64,000 nucleotides of DNA from assembly GCA_049522395.1 (NCBI GenBank), contig JBEKNV010000010.1, positions 7,918 through 71,917 of the forward strand. The letters run 5' to 3'. Made by a program: the position numbers and the translations under genes. Below the pieces are notes generated by a model. It did not search any database, was not told the origin of the DNA, and saw nothing but the letters and a program-made list of their open reading frames with translations. This document shows positions 20,908 to 31,938 of this stretch, piece by piece (the first letter of the stretch is position 1; each line of letters opens with the position of its first letter). Source of the DNA: Methylovirgula sp. (lineage in GTDB: Bacteria; Pseudomonadota; Alphaproteobacteria; Rhizobiales; Beijerinckiaceae).

Positions 20908-21653
20908 CAGGGGGTGATTCTGGGCGCGGAGGCGGCCGCTCTTTGAAATCGCGCGTCAAGACGGCGCGCAGCCGCTCGCTTTCTTCGACACTGTGGCTCC
21001 AACGTCAGCTCAACGATCCTTATGTCACGCGCGCCAAACGCGAAGGCTATCGCTCGCGCGCCGCGTTCAAGCTCCTCGAAATCGATGCGCGCGCGCATAT
21101 TCTCAAAGCCGGACAAAAGATCGTCGATCTCGGCGCCGCGCCCGGCGGCTGGTCGCAAGTGGCCGCGCAAAAGATCGGCGCCGGCAAGACCGCCTCCGCG
21201 CAGACGCGCGGAAAGATTTTTGCCATCGATCTCTTGCCTGTGGAGCCGATTCCTGGCGTCGAATTTAAACAGATGGATTTTCTGGAGCCCGATGCGCCAC
21301 GGCTGCTTCGCGAATGGCTCAATGGGCCGGCCGATGTCGTCTTGTCCGATATGGCCGCGAATGCGACGGGGCATAAGAAGACCGATCAGATCCGCATCAT
21401 GGGGCTTGTCGAACTCGCCGCCGAATTCGCCTGCGAAATTCTGGCGCCCGGCGGGACTTTCCTCGCCAAGGTCCTACAAGGCGGAACGGAGGGCACGTTG
21501 CTCGCGCGGCTGAAGCGCGATTTCGCACAAGTGCGCCACATCAAGCCGCCGGCGAGCCGCGCCGAATCCTCCGAGCTTTATGTTTTGGCGACGGGGTTTC
21601 GGGGGCATACGGAATTGCCCGCCGACTTTGGCGATCCCTTCATCGTCGCTTGA
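20904..21653 (+). CDS. rlmE: 23S rRNA (uridine2552-2'-O)-methyltransferase
   Basis: Start MTGGDSG at 20904 overlaps the ppx stop (ATGA). Carries SRAAFKLLEID and DLGAAPGGWSQV motifs. Confidence 0.92.
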   Translation: MTGGDSGRGGGRSLKSRVKTARSRSLSSTLWLQRQLNDPYVTRAKREGYRSRAAFKLLEIDARAHILKAGQKIVDLGAAPGGWSQVAAQKIGAGKTASAQTRGKIFAIDLLPVEPIPGVEFKQMDFLEPDAPRLLREWLNGPADVVLSDMAANATGHKKTDQIRIMGLVELAAEFACEILAPGGTFLAKVLQGGTEGTLLARLKRDFAQVRHIKPPASRAESSELYVLATGFRGHTELPADFGDPFIVA

Positions 21654-21666
21654 GCGTCTGAAAAGA

Positions 21667-23127
21667 CTATCGCGCGCCGACGGAAATCGAGGGTGTCAGC
21701 GGCGGTGACGCCGGCGGTGTCGCCAAAATCGTATTGAATTGCGTCAGCAGCATGAGCGCCCGTTGCGAGACGGTATCATTGCTCAAGATGTAATACCATT
21801 TTCCCCGGTGCTCGATTGAGACGTAAACATCTGGAGGCGGCGGCGCATCCGTCTCTGCAACGAGCATGTATCGTCTCTCGTGGGCCAGCGAGAGCTCGTC
21901 GCGATAATCCTTGTCCGAATAAATCGATTTCTCCGGAAACAAGGTCGTCGAATAGTTGTTCGAATAGGGGCTTTGGTCGTCCTTCAACCAACCAACCATG
22001 TAGAAATTTTCTTTGCAGTCGTCGTCATTGCTATTGTACTTGGCTATCGCATTCTGAATTTGTTGCGGGTCCTGAACGAATTCGATGATGGGCCGCGGTT
22101 GGTCCGGCAAAATTGCGGCTTCCTGCATGATGCTGATAGCTGAGCGCGTCACGAGGAGCGGCGGCCTGCCTCTGCCGCTACTCGCACTCAGGACAATCCC
22201 TTCACGGGGATCTTGGCCGTAGATGTTCTCTAAACGATTCCAGAGCGCTCGAACGATCGCCTTCGCGTGCTCTTCCTCTGCGCGATTTGAAGACCCAGCC
22301 GCGTATGTTCCCGCGGGAACATAGCCGTTTGATCTTTCGCATTTGAGGTAGCTTGCGTCGATAAATCCGCTGCCGTTCTTTGCGCGGACTCCATCGGTTC
22401 GATAGAAGGTCAGGGCATCCTTCTTCTTCTCCGTCGCTGCGTTATTGACGACGACGCTGATGACCTTCGTATTATCGGAGAGGCGCATCTTATTCCCTTT
22501 GCCGCTCGCGTCATCCATTGAGGATGTCGCGGCAAAGACGACGGCTCCGTAGTGATCGAGATCCACGATGGCGTCGATGGCGGCATATTTTTGCGCAAAG
22601 CCCGGTGTCATGCCGACCGTCCCCAAGGTCAAAACGGCCGCCAGCGGCCATTGCGCGTTGAGCAATTTGGCAAAATCTTCCGGGCTCAGCGGGGTCTGGA
22701 TTTGAGCGACCAGAGGTTGGCCGAGCAAGGGTTGATAGCGAACGGTCGGCGATTCCACATATTGCGCGCCGCCGGTCACGAAGCCGAGTGTTCCTGTAAT
22801 TGTTCCCGCTGACCCCGATTTATAATTGGGACTCGCGCCTATGGCCGAAGGGCCGCCGGCGACCGTCGCTCCGGCCGTCGTTGCCGCATCGACTTCCGTG
22901 ACGTCCATGAACAACGGCGATTCGTTATTGTGGACGCGGACAAGGTTCAACAAGGTTTGCTGAACATAAGTGTCGTGAATGACTTCGTTGTAGCGCATCC
23001 GTCCTTGGTCGATGGACGTTGGACCGACGACGGAACAGGCAGCCAGGCCCACAGCGCCGAGAGAAACGGTCAGGCGAAGGGTGCGGACGCTAACAAACTG
23101 CCGTTTGCACTTTTGATACGCTCTCAT
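21667..23127 (-). CDS. Hypothetical lipoprotein (unknown family)
   Basis: Likely start MRAYQKCKRQF at 23127, followed by lipobox LGAVGLAAC. AT-richer than the flanks. I recognise no motif. Confidence 0.55.
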   Translation of the reverse strand: MRAYQKCKRQFVSVRTLRLTVSLGAVGLAACSVVGPTSIDQGRMRYNEVIHDTYVQQTLLNLVRVHNNESPLFMDVTEVDAATTAGATVAGGPSAIGASPNYKSGSAGTITGTLGFVTGGAQYVESPTVRYQPLLGQPLVAQIQTPLSPEDFAKLLNAQWPLAAVLTLGTVGMTPGFAQKYAAIDAIVDLDHYGAVVFAATSSMDDASGKGNKMRLSDNTKVISVVVNNAATEKKKDALTFYRTDGVRAKNGSGFIDASYLKCERSNGYVPAGTYAAGSSNRAEEEHAKAIVRALWNRLENIYGQDPREGIVLSASSGRGRPPLLVTRSAISIMQEAAILPDQPRPIIEFVQDPQQIQNAIAKYNSNDDDCKENFYMVGWLKDDQSPYSNNYSTTLFPEKSIYSDKDYRDELSLAHERRYMLVAETDAPPPPDVYVSIEHRGKWYYILSNDTVSQRALMLLTQFNTILATPPASPPLTPSISVGAR

Positions 23128-23368
23128 CGGGACACGCAAGCAACGACAATGAAAATTTGTCATCCTTCCCACGTTGGGAAAGGCGAGAGTCACGTCGCAT
23201 TGACAGCGCGCGATGTGCGTCGCTGTCATTAGGCGTTTCAAATCGAGACCAGGGAATATCAATGGCCCCCTTGCGGCAACCGGATTCGAGGATTGCAAGC
23301 CGTAGCGCGACAATTCCGCTCTGCATGTTGCTTTTTCGCAACGGCAGCGACTGTTCGGCAGTGCACTC

Positions 23369-23831
23369 TCACATCGCCGAATAGGTGGCGCCGTCTTGCG
23401 GTATTTTCAGAGCGTCAGGCGGCAGCGTGACATAGGCCTGCGATGCGCAGGGTTGGTCGAGAATGCGCTTCATGCCTTTCATGACGACAAGGCCCGAGGT
23501 CGCCGACGCGCCGACTTGCTCGTTCTCATCGCTGCTGTAGACGATGTAGCTGAAATCATCTTTCGTGAAACGCAGCTGATATTCCCAGCCGGCGTAGCGC
23601 TGGGCCATTTGGAAAATATTTCTAGCGGAGGCACTGCCGGCGATGGAGAGTTCGTCCTTATGGGCGATTCCGAAGCGGTAGGTGATCTCTTTGCCGGCGA
23701 GCGTGACGGAAACACGCTTCGCGCCGATCTTAGCCGATCTTACATGTGAACAGAGTGGTTGCCGGCGTATCGGCGCGCGCCGTGCCGAGAGAAATCAGCG
23801 TTATCAGGCCAAACAAAGCTGCACGTTTCAT
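23369..23831 (-). pseudogene. Small secreted protein (about 150 aa, unknown family) frameshifted by a 10-bp tandem duplication
   Basis: ATG at 23831 gives MKRAALFGLITLISLGTARADTPATTLFTCKIG, then TAA at 23730-23732. Deleting one copy of the repeat joins it in frame to ...AKRVSVTLAGKEITYRFGIAHKDELSIAGSASARNIFQMAQRYAG... (ORF 23369-23608). Confidence 0.8.
23723..23742 (+). repeat. Perfect 10-bp tandem duplication (gccgatctta x2)
   Basis: Read directly: copies at 23723-23732 and 23733-23742 are identical. Confidence 0.95.
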
Positions 23832-23869
23832 TGGTCCCTCGATCGCGCGTCCGGAAACCGCGGCAGCCA

Positions 23870-25270
23870 TTAAGCCTTCACTGGCGCGCGCCGCTTGCCG
23901 ACGAGCGTCGTGCCGGCATCATGCGGCAGCCGCAGATAAGACAGAACCGAGCTCGCCGAAATCAGCGCGATGACGAGAAAGCCCCAGTGGAAATCCGCCG
24001 TCTTCAGCACGCTGTCGCCGCGGAATTCGCGTGCGAGCTCGATGACGATGGCGCCGATGGCAATGCCAAAACTGAGCGAGAGCTGCTGCGCGACGGCGGC
24101 AAAACTCGTCGCTTGGCTCATTGCCTGATCCTCGATGTCCGCATAGGCGATGGTATTGAGGCTTGTGAATTCGAGCGAGCGGATGAAGCCGCCGACGAGC
24201 AGCACAGACATCATTACTAGAACGGGCGTCGAGATGGTGAAGAGGCCATAGCTCGCAAAGAAGGCCGAACTCAACAAAGCATCAAAGATCAGCACGCGGC
24301 GGAATCCGAAATAGCGCAGGATCGGCGGCGCCGTCGCCTTCATCAGCATCGCGCCCGCCGAAGAGACGAAGGTGATCGTGCCCGACTGAAACGCATTCAT
24401 GCCGAAACCGAGCTGCAGCATCAGCGGCAGCAGCAAGGGCAGGGCGCCGACGCCGATGCGAAACACCGAGCCGCCGGTGAGGCTCGCGCGGAATGTCGGA
24501 ATCTTGAGCAGGCGCAGTTCGAGAATGGGGAACTTGGCGCGCCGTGCGTGCAGCACATAGACGATGAGAAGCAGGACGCCGGCGGTGATCAGAGCGATAA
24601 CGATCGGCGTGCCGACCAGGCCGCGGCCGATGACGGTGACGCCGAAGACGAGGCTTGCGAGGGCCGTTCCGAGAATGAGAAAGCCCGGAAGATCGAGCGG
24701 CCTCGGCGCTTCGCCCCGCACATTCTTGATGAAGAGGCTGACGAGAACAAAGCCGACGATGCCGATCGGCACATTGACGAAGAAAATCCAGCGCCAGTGG
24801 AAATAGGTGGTGATGAAGCCGCCGATGGGCGGCCCGGCAATCGGGCCGAGCAGGGACGGGATCATCAGATAGGCGAGCGCGCGGACGACTTCGGAGCGTT
24901 CGACTGAGCGCAGCAGTACGAGCCGTCCAACCGGCACCATCATCGCGCCGCCCATGCCTTGCACCATGCGCGCGGCGACGAATTCCGGCAGGCTGCTGGA
25001 GAATCCGCACAGGATCGAGCCGAAGGTGAAGACGAGAATGGCGATGCGAAAGACGGTGCGCGCGCCGAAACGGTCGGCGGCCCAACCGCTCGCCGGGATG
25101 AAGATTGCGAGCGACAGGAGATAAGAAGTCAGCGCCAGCTTCAGCGTGATGGGGTCTTGATGCAGATCGGCGCCGATCGCCGGCAGCGATGTCGCAATCA
25201 CCGTCCCGTCGAGCGTCTCCATGAAAACGGCGCAAGCGACGATCAGCGCGGTCAGGCCATAGCGCGGCAA
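23870..25270 (-). CDS. MFS transporter, DHA2 (EmrB/QacA-like, 14-TMS) type
   Basis: 466-aa polytopic protein with MFS motif A-like GWAADRFGARTVF. Confidence 0.85.
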   Translation of the reverse strand: MPRYGLTALIVACAVFMETLDGTVIATSLPAIGADLHQDPITLKLALTSYLLSLAIFIPASGWAADRFGARTVFRIAILVFTFGSILCGFSSSLPEFVAARMVQGMGGAMMVPVGRLVLLRSVERSEVVRALAYLMIPSLLGPIAGPPIGGFITTYFHWRWIFFVNVPIGIVGFVLVSLFIKNVRGEAPRPLDLPGFLILGTALASLVFGVTVIGRGLVGTPIVIALITAGVLLLIVYVLHARRAKFPILELRLLKIPTFRASLTGGSVFRIGVGALPLLLPLMLQLGFGMNAFQSGTITFVSSAGAMLMKATAPPILRYFGFRRVLIFDALLSSAFFASYGLFTISTPVLVMMSVLLVGGFIRSLEFTSLNTIAYADIEDQAMSQATSFAAVAQQLSLSFGIAIGAIVIELAREFRGDSVLKTADFHWGFLVIALISASSVLSYLRLPHDAGTTLVGKRRAPVKA

Positions 25271-25292
25271 AGTTCGGTCCTGTTCAACGGGT

Positions 25293-25319
25293 GCATTCGG
25301 GGGGAGATTGGCCGAATGC
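25293..25319. promoter_or_regulatory. Inverted repeat gcattcgg-N11-ccgaatgc upstream of the MFS gene
   Basis: Perfect 8-bp arms read directly, 23-49 nt upstream of the MFS start (25270, minus strand). Confidence 0.3.
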
Positions 25320-25558
25320 CGGCGGGATTGAGAATGACGACGGGGCGCGCAGGCGCTCTAGCACATGGGCCGGCATCATCGCACGAACCGGCGAGGCCGA
25401 GCACGGCGATCCCATGGCCTGGACTGGAAAATAGGCGCGATCTCAACTATTTGAAGGGCAGCGGAGAGAACTCTGCGGCAGCGCGTTGCCTCAGGCATGG
25501 CAGTTGTGCCGCCGCTGCCCCGTTCCTTCCTTTGCACCGTGGTATCGCCGTGCTATGA

Positions 25559-27148
<1,590 letters not shown>

Positions 27149-27168
27149 GCCAGTCGCAACGGAGGTCA

Positions 27169-28404
27169 TTGGTGGGACGCGGTCTGGTCAATATCGGCAT
27201 TGGCCTCTTCGCCATTCTTTTCGGGATTGGCCTCTCGATCTGGTCCTATGAATCCGCTCAGCAGGGCAGCGGCCATTATCTCATCACCGGGGGCATTGTT
27301 CTCGTCGGCATCTGGCGCCTGCTCGTCGGCGTCTTTCAGCTCGTACGCGGCGCGGCGTCGAAAGATGGCCGCCGCGCGATCGGCGGATTGCTTTGGCCGT
27401 CGAGCCTGGCCGGCCTGACGATCCGCGTCGGCGTCATTTTTCTCACGCTTGTCGCGATCTGGATTTTTGCGCCCGAGTCCTGGAAGAGCTTTTCGCCGCC
27501 GCCTCTGCGCACGCTCGAAGGGACGGACGACATTCGTGCCGTCGCTTTTTCGCCCGACGGCAAATGGCTTGCAGCGGCGATGGGCTATGGCGGCTGGCGG
27601 ATCTGGAATGTCACGACATGGGATCAGGCTTCCGCCCCCGACTTCGAGCCATATCTCGATGTCGAAGCGTTGGCTTTTGCGCCTGACGGTCATGCGATTG
27701 CGGCGGCGACCAGCAATGGGCTTCGGGTCTGGACCAGCGCCGATTGGGGGACGGGAAAGCCGATTCTCTCCGCGCAATCCAAATTGGGCGCTTATGGCGT
27801 CGCCTTTTCGCCCGATGGCAAGAGCATTGCAACGGGATCGGTCGCGGCAGGGCTTCTCGTCTTCGATGCGCAGACGGCGCAGCCCAAATGGCCGCCGGCG
27901 GGTAAGGACAGCGTTCCGGGCGTCGCTTTTTCGCATGATGGCCGCATGATCGCCTATGGCGCGAGCGACGGTAGCATCAAGCTGGTCGATGCGGGCACGG
28001 ACACATCAGTCTTGATCCTGCAACGTCAGAACGAATGGCAGCCGGCCACGACATTGACCTTCTTTCCCGATGGGCGTCTCGCGACCGGCAGCTACCAGCG
28101 TGCGGGCATTGAGATTTGGGACAGTGGCTCGGGGACGTTGCTCAAGACTCTGAAGGCAACAAACTCGCTCGTCTGGGGCGAAGGAACGATCTGGTCGATC
28201 GCCGTTTCTCCCGATGAGAAATGGGTTGCTGCGGGCGACAGCGATGGCTCCGTGCGCCTTTGGACGCAAGACAATATTCAACCGGCGAAATCCTTCTTCG
28301 GCCATGCCAAGGATGTTTTGTCCGTCGCCTTTTCGCCCGATGGCAAGACAATCGCCTCGGGCGGCGCCGATCATAAAATCCAACTCTGGGCAACGCCGCA
28401 ATGA
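27169..28404 (+). CDS. Membrane-anchored WD40 repeat (beta-propeller) protein
   Basis: N-terminal hydrophobic segments, then repeated AFSPDGK...W units (AFSPDGKWLAA, AFAPDGHAIAA, AFSPDGKSIATG, AFSHDGRMIAYG, AVSPDEKWVAAG, AFSPDGKTIASG). Start is TTG 27169 or GTG 27172, after GGAGG. Confidence 0.85.
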   Translation: MVGRGLVNIGIGLFAILFGIGLSIWSYESAQQGSGHYLITGGIVLVGIWRLLVGVFQLVRGAASKDGRRAIGGLLWPSSLAGLTIRVGVIFLTLVAIWIFAPESWKSFSPPPLRTLEGTDDIRAVAFSPDGKWLAAAMGYGGWRIWNVTTWDQASAPDFEPYLDVEALAFAPDGHAIAAATSNGLRVWTSADWGTGKPILSAQSKLGAYGVAFSPDGKSIATGSVAAGLLVFDAQTAQPKWPPAGKDSVPGVAFSHDGRMIAYGASDGSIKLVDAGTDTSVLILQRQNEWQPATTLTFFPDGRLATGSYQRAGIEIWDSGSGTLLKTLKATNSLVWGEGTIWSIAVSPDEKWVAAGDSDGSVRLWTQDNIQPAKSFFGHAKDVLSVAFSPDGKTIASGGADHKIQLWATPQ

Positions 28405-28435
28405 CAAATCCACAATGACAGATCCACAATGACTC
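28394..28435 (+). repeat. 14-bp period x3 repeat creating a chain of ATGA stop/start overlaps and two 5-codon mini-ORFs
   Basis: Units are cgccgcaatgacaa / atccacaatgacag / atccacaatgactc. The WD40 stop TGA (28402-28404) overlaps ATG 28401 (MTNPQ*). Its TGA (28416-28418) overlaps ATG 28415 (MTDPQ*). Its TGA (28430-28432) overlaps the rsmB-like ATG 28429. Confidence 0.9.
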
Positions 28436-29724
28436 CTGGCGCGCGCATTGCCGCAGCGATCGAGATTCTTGGCGATATCGAATCCCGTCATCGTCCGGCT
28501 TCGGACGCCTTGAAAGATTGGGGCCTCGCGCATCGCTTCGCCGGCTCGAATGACAGGGCGGCGCTCGCGTCGCTCGTCTATGACGCGCTTCGCTGCCGCG
28601 CGTCGGCGGCCTTCATCATGCGGGATGAAACTCCTCGCGGCCTGATGCTCGGCGCATTGCGGCTCGCGCGTAGCGAAACGGAAGAGGCGATCGCGGCGCT
28701 CTGCACCGGCGAGGCCCATGCGCCCGTACCGCTGTCTCCGCGAGAAAAAGATCGTCTGACGAGCGCTTCGCTCGATGGGGCGCCGGCCTATGTCCGCGGC
28801 AATTTCCCGGAATGGCTCGCGCCGTCGCTTGCCGCCGTCTTTGGCGATGATGTTGTCGCCGAAGGTGAGGCGCTGGCCTCGCGCGCGCCGCTCGATCTCC
28901 GCGTCAACACGCTGAAGGCGACGCGTGAAAAAGTGCTCACCGCACTCGCTCATCTCAACGCCGAGCCGACGCCGCTGTCGCCGGTCGGGCTGCGCCTGCC
29001 GCTTCTGCCCGAAGGACGCAATCCCTCGCTGGCGGGCGAACCCGCCTATGTGAAAGGTCTTGTCGAAATTCAGGATGAGGGTTCGCAGATCGCCGCGCTC
29101 CTTTGCGCCGCCAAAACAGGCGAGCAGGTGCTAGATCTCTGCGCCGGCGGCGGCGGCAAGAGCCTGGCACTCGCCGCGCAGATGGAGAATCGCGGCCAGA
29201 TTTACGCGACGGATCGGGATGCCGCGCGCCTCAAAGGCATCTATCCGCGGCTCGATCGCGCCGACACGCGCAATATCCAGCTCCGGTCGCCCAGGCGCGG
29301 CTCAGACGTGTTGAGCGATCTCACGAGCCGCTGCGATCTGGTCTTAATCGATGCGCCCTGTACCGGGACCGGCGTCTGGCGCCGAAACCCCGATGCTAAA
29401 TGGCGGATTCGTCCTGGCGCGCTCGATCAGCGCATGAAGGAACAGGATCAAATACTAGATAAGTCAGCCGAATTCGTAAAGGCCGGCGGCCGGCTGATCT
29501 ATGTGACCTGCTCGCTGCTTAGGGAAGAGAACGAGGACCGGCTCACCCATTTTCTGGAAAGCCATGCGGATTTCGCCCCGATCGAACCCGGCGAACTCGC
29601 CGAGGCCGCGGGCCTGCCAGACCTCGCGCGCTTCGCCTCGAAACTCGGCCCAGGCCTGCGGCTGACACCCTTGAGCGCCGGCACGGACGGTTTCTTTATT
29701 TCGGGCATGCGGCGGAAAGGCTAG
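28429..29724 (+). CDS. RsmB/NOP-family SAM-dependent rRNA (cytosine-C5) methyltransferase
   Basis: 431 aa with DLCAGGGGKS (SAM motif) and DAPCTGTGVWRRNPD plus YVTCSL catalytic cysteine motifs. Confidence 0.88.
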   Translation: MTPGARIAAAIEILGDIESRHRPASDALKDWGLAHRFAGSNDRAALASLVYDALRCRASAAFIMRDETPRGLMLGALRLARSETEEAIAALCTGEAHAPVPLSPREKDRLTSASLDGAPAYVRGNFPEWLAPSLAAVFGDDVVAEGEALASRAPLDLRVNTLKATREKVLTALAHLNAEPTPLSPVGLRLPLLPEGRNPSLAGEPAYVKGLVEIQDEGSQIAALLCAAKTGEQVLDLCAGGGGKSLALAAQMENRGQIYATDRDAARLKGIYPRLDRADTRNIQLRSPRRGSDVLSDLTSRCDLVLIDAPCTGTGVWRRNPDAKWRIRPGALDQRMKEQDQILDKSAEFVKAGGRLIYVTCSLLREENEDRLTHFLESHADFAPIEPGELAEAAGLPDLARFASKLGPGLRLTPLSAGTDGFFISGMRRKG

Positions 29725-29939
29725 GCGCCGAGATTCCGCACCCAGAATTGCTTGGGGAAATCCATGCAGCGGCCAAGAACGCTCGGCCATTCGACCCGCA
29801 AGTGGAGTTTCGGCGGCTCAGGCCACCAATTCTTGCCTTGGCCCGGCGCGTCGGCCTCGGGCCCTTCGGAAAACAAGGCCGGAACATCGGCAACGCGCAG
29901 CCGCCGCAGAGCACGGGGAGATCGGTGAAAATCGCTCAT
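29721..29939 (-). CDS. Possible small hypothetical protein (72 aa)
   Basis: Only an ORF with fairly GC-rich third positions in the 400-bp rsmB-guaA gap (MSDFHRSPRALRRL...WWPEPPKLHLRVEWP...). No recognised motif. Confidence 0.25.
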   Translation of the reverse strand: MSDFHRSPRALRRLRVADVPALFSEGPEADAPGQGKNWWPEPPKLHLRVEWPSVLGRCMDFPKQFWVRNLGA

Positions 29940-30121
29940 AACAGTGACATCGGCCTCGATTGTCGTTGCCGAAGGTATAAACGACAGTCGTTGCGGTGGG
30001 CTCAATCGGATTGCTCAAAACAAGCGGAACCATTTCAAGGAAATCTTTGCCATTGCGGCGGGGCGTTGGATCCCCGATCTCATCCTCAATCGCCACACTG
30101 ACCGCGCTTTCAGGACCGACG

Positions 30122-31720
30122 ATGACCAAACCCGATCTGCACCAGGACATTCTCGAGACGCATGACAAGGTGCTGATTGTCGATTTCGGCTCGCAGGTGA
30201 CGCAGCTCATCGCGCGGCGCGTGCGCGAAGCCGGCGTCTATTGCGAGATCGTGCCGTTTCAGAAGGCCGAAGAGGCCTTTCGCGCCATGGCGCCGAAAGC
30301 CGTGATCCTCTCCGGCGGCCCATGTTCCGTGCTTGATGACGGTTCGCCGCGCGCGCCAAAATCGATCTTCGATGCGGGCGTGCCGATCCTCGGCATCTGC
30401 TATGGCGAGCAGGTGATGGCCGAACAATTGGGCGGCAAAGTCATTGCCGGGAGAAATCGCGAATTCGGCCGCGCCGAAGTCGAGATCGTCAGCAACAGTC
30501 CGCTCTTTGATGGCGTCTGGCAGAAAGGCCAACGCTATCCGGTCTGGATGAGCCATGGCGATGCGGTCTCGGAGTTGCCGAAAGGCTTTGCGCGCCTCGC
30601 GACGTCCGAGCATGCGCCGATCGCCGCGATCGGCGACGAGAGCCGGCATTATTATGCCGTGCAATTCCATCTCGAGGTCGTGCACACACCAGACGGCGCG
30701 AAACTCCTTTCGAACTTCGTCCACAGAGTCGCTGGCCTCAAAAGCGACTGGACCATGCGCGCGTTTCGCGCGGAAGCGATTGCCTCGATCCGCGCGCAGG
30801 TCGGCAAGGGCAGAGTGCTCTGCGGGCTTTCAGGCGGCGTTGATAGCGCCGTCGCGGCTGTCTTGATCCATGAAGCGATCGGCGATCAGCTCGTCTGCGT
30901 CTTCGTCGATCACGGCATGCTGCGTGAAAGCGAGGCGGAACAAGTCGTGTCGCTGTTTCGCGGCCATTACAATATTCCGCTCGTTCATGTCGAAGCGGGC
31001 GAGATTTTCTTATCCGCACTCAAAGGCGTCAGCGAGCCGGAGGAAAAGCGCAAAATTATCGGAAGACTCTTTGTCGAGACCTTCGACAAGGAAGCGGAAA
31101 AGATCGCGCGCGACGGGCGCGGCGCGCCGCAATTTTTGGCGCAAGGCACGCTCTACCCGGACGTCATCGAAAGCGTCTCCTTTCACGGCGGCCCGTCGGT
31201 GACAATCAAATCGCATCATAATGTCGGCGGCCTGCCCGAGCGCATGAAGATGCAGCTCGTCGAACCTTTGCGCGAACTCTTCAAGGATGAAGTGCGTGCG
31301 CTCGGGCGCGAACTGGGATTGCTGGAGGCTTTTGTCGGCCGTCATCCTTTTCCGGGCCCGGGCCTTGCCATCCGCTGCCCCGGCGGCGTCACGAAAGAGA
31401 AGCTCGCGATCCTGCGCAAGGCCGATGCCGTCTATCTCGACGAGATCAGCAAGGCGGGGCTCTACGACAAGATCTGGCAGGCCTTCGCCGTGTTGCTTCC
31501 GGTGCAGACCGTCGGCGTGATGGGCGACGGGCGCACCTATGATTTCGTCGTCGCGCTGCGCGCGGTCACCTCCATCGACGGCATGACCGCAGATTTCTAT
31601 CCCTTCGATATGAGTTTTCTCGGCCGCGCCGCGACGCGCATCATCAACGAGGTGAAGGGCATCAACCGCGTCGTCTATGATGTGACATCAAAGCCGCCTG
31701 GAACGATTGAGTGGGAATGA
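30122..31720 (+). CDS. guaA: GMP synthase (glutamine-hydrolysing)
   Basis: Start [25 protein letters not shown], GATase GICYGEQ, ATP-PPase P-loop [10 protein letters not shown]-terminal PPGTIEWE. Confidence 0.95.
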   Translation: MTKPDLHQDILETHDKVLIVDFGSQVTQLIARRVREAGVYCEIVPFQKAEEAFRAMAPKAVILSGGPCSVLDDGSPRAPKSIFDAGVPILGICYGEQVMAEQLGGKVIAGRNREFGRAEVEIVSNSPLFDGVWQKGQRYPVWMSHGDAVSELPKGFARLATSEHAPIAAIGDESRHYYAVQFHLEVVHTPDGAKLLSNFVHRVAGLKSDWTMRAFRAEAIASIRAQVGKGRVLCGLSGGVDSAVAAVLIHEAIGDQLVCVFVDHGMLRESEAEQVVSLFRGHYNIPLVHVEAGEIFLSALKGVSEPEEKRKIIGRLFVETFDKEAEKIARDGRGAPQFLAQGTLYPDVIESVSFHGGPSVTIKSHHNVGGLPERMKMQLVEPLRELFKDEVRALGRELGLLEAFVGRHPFPGPGLAIRCPGGVTKEKLAILRKADAVYLDEISKAGLYDKIWQAFAVLLPVQTVGVMGDGRTYDFVVALRAVTSIDGMTADFYPFDMSFLGRAATRIINEVKGINRVVYDVTSKPPGTIEWE

Positions 31721-31938
31721 GGGTGCTTGACGCCGCCGAGACGACGGCCCCGCGCGATGTCTCGGTCCCCACCCAACGCTCGCCGCTTACTCCGGCCCGC
31801 GGCCGCCAAGATCAGACCCGCGATCCGCTGTGGGTACGACAGCTTCGATTCGATGCGAATGGGTGATGCTAACCCAAGTGGAGTGGATGAGCGAACAAGC
31901 GCATAGTGCGCCAACACCCAAACACAAGAGTTACAAAT

